Positions 58,250-64,000 of a stretch of 64,000 nt of DNA are shown in pieces; position 1 is the first letter of the stretch; each line of letters starts with the position of its first letter. Both the position numbers and the translations under genes were made by a program. This stretch comes from Antedon mediterranea. Its lineage: Eukaryota > Animalia > Echinodermata. The DNA is taken from positions 4,796,101 to 4,860,100 of the forward strand of contig NC_092677.1 in assembly GCF_964355755.1 (NCBI RefSeq), written 5' to 3'. The notes under the pieces are model-generated. The model worked only from the letters and a program-made list of their open reading frames with translations. It did no database searches and was not told the origin of the DNA.

Positions 58250-59732
58250 TACTCGAATACATAATAATTTCAGCGTTAAAAAACTGGTTATTTCAAATGT
58301 CGTTTTACTTCCGAAAGAGAAACTTGTCACAAAATGAGACCAATTGTTTAAGTCAAATTTAAACAAACTTAATTTGTGTTTTGTATGTAACATTAGGGGT
58401 GAGGGATGGGGAAGAGGATGGGTGCAGAGAGGAATAATTATTAAATATATTAAATATATTCTTTATCCATTTAGTAACGAAATATTAATTGTTTTCATGT
58501 TTTACAAATAATATATCACTAAACACAGTAAAACATTGCTATGTAATACTTTGTTGAAACTATCACCGTCCTAGTCGATTGAAATAGTACAGTACATGTA
58601 ACGATACATCACTGCGACGTGTATGTTTATATAATGTAAAACAATTTGTGAAAACCACCTCTATTCGGGGAAAATCATAAAATCGATTTAATCGTCAAAT
58701 AAAAATTAAATTATCTAACTCAACTTTATTGGTAGGCCTAATGGTTTTCAATTGTTTCTTAGAGCCAATTCATACTTAAGTTGGTTCCTACCCTACCCAC
58801 CAAAGTTGTTCTGCGTTTAAGGGATGTGATGCACCGTAGGCCTATCCTCTACTGGCTTTACAACGCTACTCATGCCAGTGAGGGAAGGGTAATGATGTGG
58901 GTGGTTTAAATGCAATAATAAAGATTTGTACATAATATACGGCGACTGAAAACGCTAGCTCATTATCCGTTAAAAAAAAATTATATCCAACCTCTGCAGC
59001 ACAGATTGAAAAAAAAATGGATCGAAGTATACAGTACTTGCCTTTACGACGCCTGAGGGAATAGACACTTGTGGAACAGAGATTGGAATGTTCCATTCAT
59101 CGCAAATCAATACATTTGTATAAACGTATATTAAATCTTCCGTTAAAAAAAAATTATAAACAACCTTTTGCAGCACAGATTGAAAAAAAAATGGATCGAA
59201 TTTCTGTTATGAGTATACAGTACTTGCCTTTACGACGCCTGAGGGAATAGACACTTGTGGAACAGAGATTGGAATGTTCCATTCATCGCAAATCAATACA
59301 TTTGTATAAACGTATATTAAATCTATCAAAATAGTATTTTTTAAAGAAAAGCGGCATGTCTTCAACATTATGATGCTGTACTCGAGCTGTTCAACCGGTT
59401 TTCAGCCATTAAAAACAATTATCGTAGGAGGAGATAGGAAAATGCAAAGCATCCTCGTATTATTGTCTGTGGGTATTTTTCAAGACGGACATCCATTAGA
59501 CAGTGTATACCACGATCGAAAAACACCCCTATTTGGGGCAAATCGTTGAACCTAAATTCGTTTTAATCGTCAATAACTAATTATCTAACTCAATTTAATT
59601 AGTAAACAGGGTTACATCAGGTGGTTAAAATCAGTACCGAGATTCTAACCAACTTTATATACCATCGAGTAAATATTCTAGAAATAACGTGCGATTTACC
59701 GAATTTTGCCCTTACGTAAATTTATATATAGA
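58250..59732 (-). mobile_element. Non-autonomous Helitron, copy 2 (3'-truncated, internal duplication of about 190 bp)
   Basis: Collinear with copy 1; same 5' A|TCTATATATAAAT end. Confidence 0.78.
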
Positions 59733-60392
59733 TACTTTAACCCAATGTCGTAACTCTTTAGGCCTATTATAGCTAGATCTGAATCATAGAGCCATATAAA
59801 GATTATGTAATATCTTTAAATTCACAATGCATGCTGCTTTGCTGCTAAATAAAATAATAAAGTGTTATGGATATGTTTATATCATTTCTTGTTTTTTCCA
59901 AAAATCGATCATCAATCTATCTAAAAAACAGCCTGAAGTGAAAGAAATTGCAAATAGAGATTTTTCTTTTATAAATGGTCACATAAGATGAGAAGATCAA
60001 AACTTGAGCATCACACCTCTGTCACTCATCCTGATGATATGCAAATTAGCTTAAATATGCAAATTAGGGTGAAATTACAGGGTTACTCGGATACAGGTTT
60101 AGGTTTCCTATATCAGTTGTCATAGGACACTTTGTAATTCCCAGAATCACTTTTGTTCTGCCCTCAAATGACTCAGATGCAGGTTTCTAATATCCAACAT
60201 AGGACTGTTAAATAAATTCTGTATCACTCACCTCGAAAGTATGCAAATTAGTGGTACAAGTTACATGAAATATGCAAATTAGGGGTTGAAATTAGAGGTA
60301 CCATATTATATCGAAAACCGCCGCTAAGGCTAGAAAGTTGATTTTTTTCAAAAACTTATTCAGAATGTACATACTGGTAGTTATATTTGCTC

Positions 60393-60434
<42 letters not shown>

Positions 60435-60678
60435 GAATTTGTAATGCGCCAATTCCAGCAAAAGTGATCAAAGGCGTAGTGTATGAGCTCAATTTGAAAG
60501 AAAAAGACCAGAAATACAACATTTAACCCTTGACCCCATTTCCTAATGTTTGCTTACATAATGCGACTAAAAATAATATGTCTGTAGAAACTTTGTTTTG
60601 GCCTCAAATGACTCGGATACAGGTTTCCTATATTAGTTGGCAAAATCACACCAAATAAAATATCTTAATAATTAATAA

Positions 60679-61914
60679 TCTATAAATTTACGTAAAGGCA
60701 AAATTCGGTAAATCGCGCGTTACTTCTAGAAAGTTTACTCGATAGTATATAAAGTTGGTTAGAATCTCGGTACTGATTTTAACCACCTGATGTAACCCTG
60801 TTTACTAATTAAATTAAGTTAGATAATTAGTTATTGACAATTAAAACGAATTTAGGTTCAACGATTTGCCCCAAAAGGATGTTTTCCGATCTTAGTATAC
60901 ACTGTCTAATGGATGTCCTCTTGAAAAATACCTGCACACAATAATACGAGGATGCTTCGCATTTTACTATCTCCTCCTACGATAATTGTTTTTAATAGCT
61001 GAAAAGCGGTCGAACAGCTCGAGTACAGTATCATAATGTTGAAAAAATACTATTTTGATAGATTTAATATACGTTTATACAAATGTATTGATTTGCGATG
61101 AATGGAACATTCCAATCACAAGTAGGTAAATGTATGGGCCCTTGGAGAATAAACTGAGATATATTATTGCAATACTTTAACAATATTGTAAATACGTATT
61201 AACCATTTTTGGTCGCCATTTGAATCGGAATTTTCTTACTGTGAATGTGGTTACTGTTAAACACATATACAAAGAACATTTATTACTGTGACTGTGGGTA
61301 GGCTCTACTGCTGGATATATAAACACATAATATACAAATAAAACTCTATTACTGACAGTTGCTTCTCAACGTTTGTTTTAATAAATAATTATAAAAAATA
61401 TAAACGTCGTAGCGGTGTATCGTTACATGTACTTTACTATTTCAATAGACTATAACAGGGGACAGTTTAAAAAAAGTATTAAATCGTAAATGTTTTACTG
61501 TGTTTAGTGGTATATTATTGATAGGCTATAAAAACATTTAAAACAATATTTCGTTACTGAGTGGATAAAGAATATATTAAAAATGTTTCTTCCCATCCTC
61601 TTCCCCATCCCTCAACTCTAATGTTATATACAAAACACAAATTGGGTTTGTTTAAATGAGTTAAAATAAAAAAGTTGGACTCATTTTTAAGACAAGTTTC
61701 TCCTTCGGAAGTAGGCCTAATTATTCCCAGGGTGCTAATTTTAGTTGACTACATTAATCATCGTGTCTATTTATACGTTTCTGAAAACGACAATGTATTT
61801 ATAGTCCTGCGGTACGTACGTTTGAAATCACCAGTTTTTTGACGCTGAAATTACTGTGTATTCGAGAACCATCTGTGGAGTGTGTGGACACGACCTAGAT
61901 GGTACGCGATCTAG
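60679..61914 (+). mobile_element. Non-autonomous Helitron, copy 3 (inverted relative to copies 1 and 2)
   Basis: A|TCTATAAATTTACG...CTAGATGGTACGCGATCTAG|T; reverse complement of copy 1 at both ends. Confidence 0.8.
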
Positions 61915-62155
61915 TAATATAAAACTCTCTCTGAATAGTTGTTTGATAGTCCAGTATGTTGTGTGAAAGTTTTAGTTAGTGCATTCTTGGTTCATTACAA
62001 TCTTTAGTTTGGGCGTTTTCAACACGTTCTTTGATATTAATTGATTTTTTTTACTACTCAGCTGCTCACGTTATGCATAATTACAAGTAGTCTTTTGTTT
62101 TTTGTAAAAAAATATTTTTAAAAGTATAATAGAAATTATTGCTTTTCTATTTCAG

Positions 62156-63925
62156 TTTTTTGTCTTTCTATTTATCATTTCAAAAACAGGTAAGTTTCTT
62201 TTAAATTATGCCCTGATGCCCTCTTCTCTTACAGGAATTAGATTAGTTCTTTCTCTTATTGTAATATTTACTGTATACAACAAACATTCTAACAGATAGT
62301 TTGGTTTTTAAATATTAGTTTTTAATTTAATAGAGATGTCCCTATCAAATTTGACTTGAGTAAACATTATTTATGGCAGCCAAAATGTGTATGCTTTATA
62401 GTGTCCATCAACAGCCCAGTAATTTTTAAAAAGTAAGAACTTGTGAATTCATGCCTAGTTGAGTCCACAAACATACTAAATGAATCTAATATGCCCGGTT
62501 TTCTTGAAATACTAGGCCCGATTGTTCTTTTGGCTGGCAATCCAGTATTCTTATTTTTAAGACATTACTCAAAATTTAATGTGTCTTAATTTTCAAAAGC
62601 ATATGGTCAATTTGTGACAATATCTGACCAGACAGCCAAGGAAGGTGATACTGAAGTGGTGATAACTTGTGATTATTCACAATTTACTTCTACTACTGAT
62701 TCAATACAATGGGATGAACTAGATGAAGATGAAGCAGTTATTACTCCTGGTTTTGTTAATGATAAGAAGTTAGACAGTGGTCGTTTTAGATTGAACATAA
62801 CACTTGGTAGAGCTAACTTGGTGATGTCACACCCAATGAGAAATGATTCTCAACGAAGATTTCAGTGTCATATACGAGCATCAAATGGAGATATTGAAAC
62901 ATCAAATCCCTCTATTCTAACTGTATATTGTGAGTAAATGACTAAATTTCAATATCATTATTATTCTATACTTATACTAGGTACGGTAACCCATTTCTTT
63001 TGTGTCTGGACTTAAACAAGTTTTCTTTACCTAAACAAATCTTTCATTAATCAGATGTGGATTTAGCTTTTTATTATTTTATTTATAAATAGAATTATTT
63101 TGATCCCTGTTTCAAAAAACATGATTTCTTTCAAAAAACATAAATATTATTGGTGTCCCTTATTTTTAGCTTTGATTTTACACCTTCATTTACTTACAGC
63201 TACAGACTACTATGAAACGCCGTTTACGCAACTTCTATGATATGAATTTTATGACGCGATATGTGAATGAAATGCATCGATATGAATTGAATGGCGCGAA
63301 TTGAATGAAATGTTTTGAATTGAATGCTTTGAATTAAAATTTCAAAATATTTCATTCAAAACATTTCATTCAAAACTTTTTATTCAAAACATTCAATTCA
63401 AACCATTTTATTCAAAACATTTCATTCAAAACCGTCATTAAATTCAAAACATTTCATTCATATCGCGCCATTCAATTCATATCGATGCATTTCATTCACA
63501 TATCGCGTCATAAAATTCATACCATCGAAATGTTGCGTAAACGGCGTTCCATAGACTTATACTGATAATTTTATGTTTAAAGTGATTTAACGTTTGTGAT
63601 GTATGTTTTGTCCCATGTTTTCCCAGACATAGATCAACCACTTCTTAAGCCTCATCAAGTACTGTCTACAAAGGTCAATCAGTGACCTTCACCTGTAGTA
63701 AACCTAATGGTGATCCTATTCCTCACATTACTTGGTATAAAGATGGACAGACAGTCAACACCGACAGCCTTTCTAGATATGAGATTACAAATAGCAGTAC
63801 AGAGTCAGTCTTTAAGATTAAATCAGCTACTAAAGAAGATGATGGAAGATATACATGTAAAGCAGAAAGTGATCAGTTTAAAGGAGAAGATGCTAAAACA
63901 AGTGAAGGAAGATTGGTTGTATATT
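62156..63925 (+). pseudogene. Gene D: paralogous IgSF receptor (leader 62156-62189, IgV 62600-62929, I-set 63627-63925), frameshifted; continues beyond the window
   Basis: High similarity to genes A and C; exon 3 reads CTTCTT-AAGCC-TCA versus CTTCTT-GATACC-TCA in gene A, a 1-nt loss leading to TGA. Confidence 0.7.
63210..63554. mobile_element. Palindromic MITE in gene D intron
   Basis: CTATGAAACGCCGTTTACGCAAC...GTTGCGTAAACGGCGTTCCATAG with long self-complementary arms. Confidence 0.8.
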
Positions 63926-64000
63926 GTATGTAAACGTTTTATAACATAACTAATCTATGTATAGTAATTGTAAATTAATATCATTTCCTTTATTTAGTTA

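Noticed and set aside
56104-59176. Duplicated MEHSNLCSTSVYSL ORFs
   Set aside because: They lie within non-autonomous Helitron copies, diverge by frameshift and show no recognisable domain.
60395-60433. Poly-Ile ORFs 60292..60522 and 60338..60526
   Set aside because: Translation of an (AAT)n microsatellite.

Overview
AT-rich, intron-containing animal genomic DNA (invertebrate; echinoderm-like is only a guess). The window holds a cluster of paralogous Ig-superfamily receptor genes sharing a leader-IgV-Ig(I-set)-short Ig-TM ectodomain. Gene A (+, 1907..39809) can be spliced by hand through 24 phase-compatible GT-AG exons into one ORF of about 1185 codons. It reads: 3 Ig, TM, N-half of an Ig, Cys-rich patch, tail with ITIM (IQYADL) and ITSM (TQYMEV), C-half of the Ig, 2 more Ig, then a NEU/GH33 sialidase-like propeller missing most catalytic residues. 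This model requires skipping one duplicated exon that carries a stop. A decayed second sialidase copy follows (45.0-46.9 kb). Gene C (-, 50048..54939) has the same ectodomain but a different Tyr-motif tail. Gene D (+, from 62156) is frameshifted and runs off the window. Transposons include a nested 12-kb stack (Helentron-type, long-TIR, EnSpm-like, MULE-like, Academ), a young full-length Ty3/Gypsy element, three Helitron copies, MITEs and a SINE. All gene models are manual and lack transcript support.
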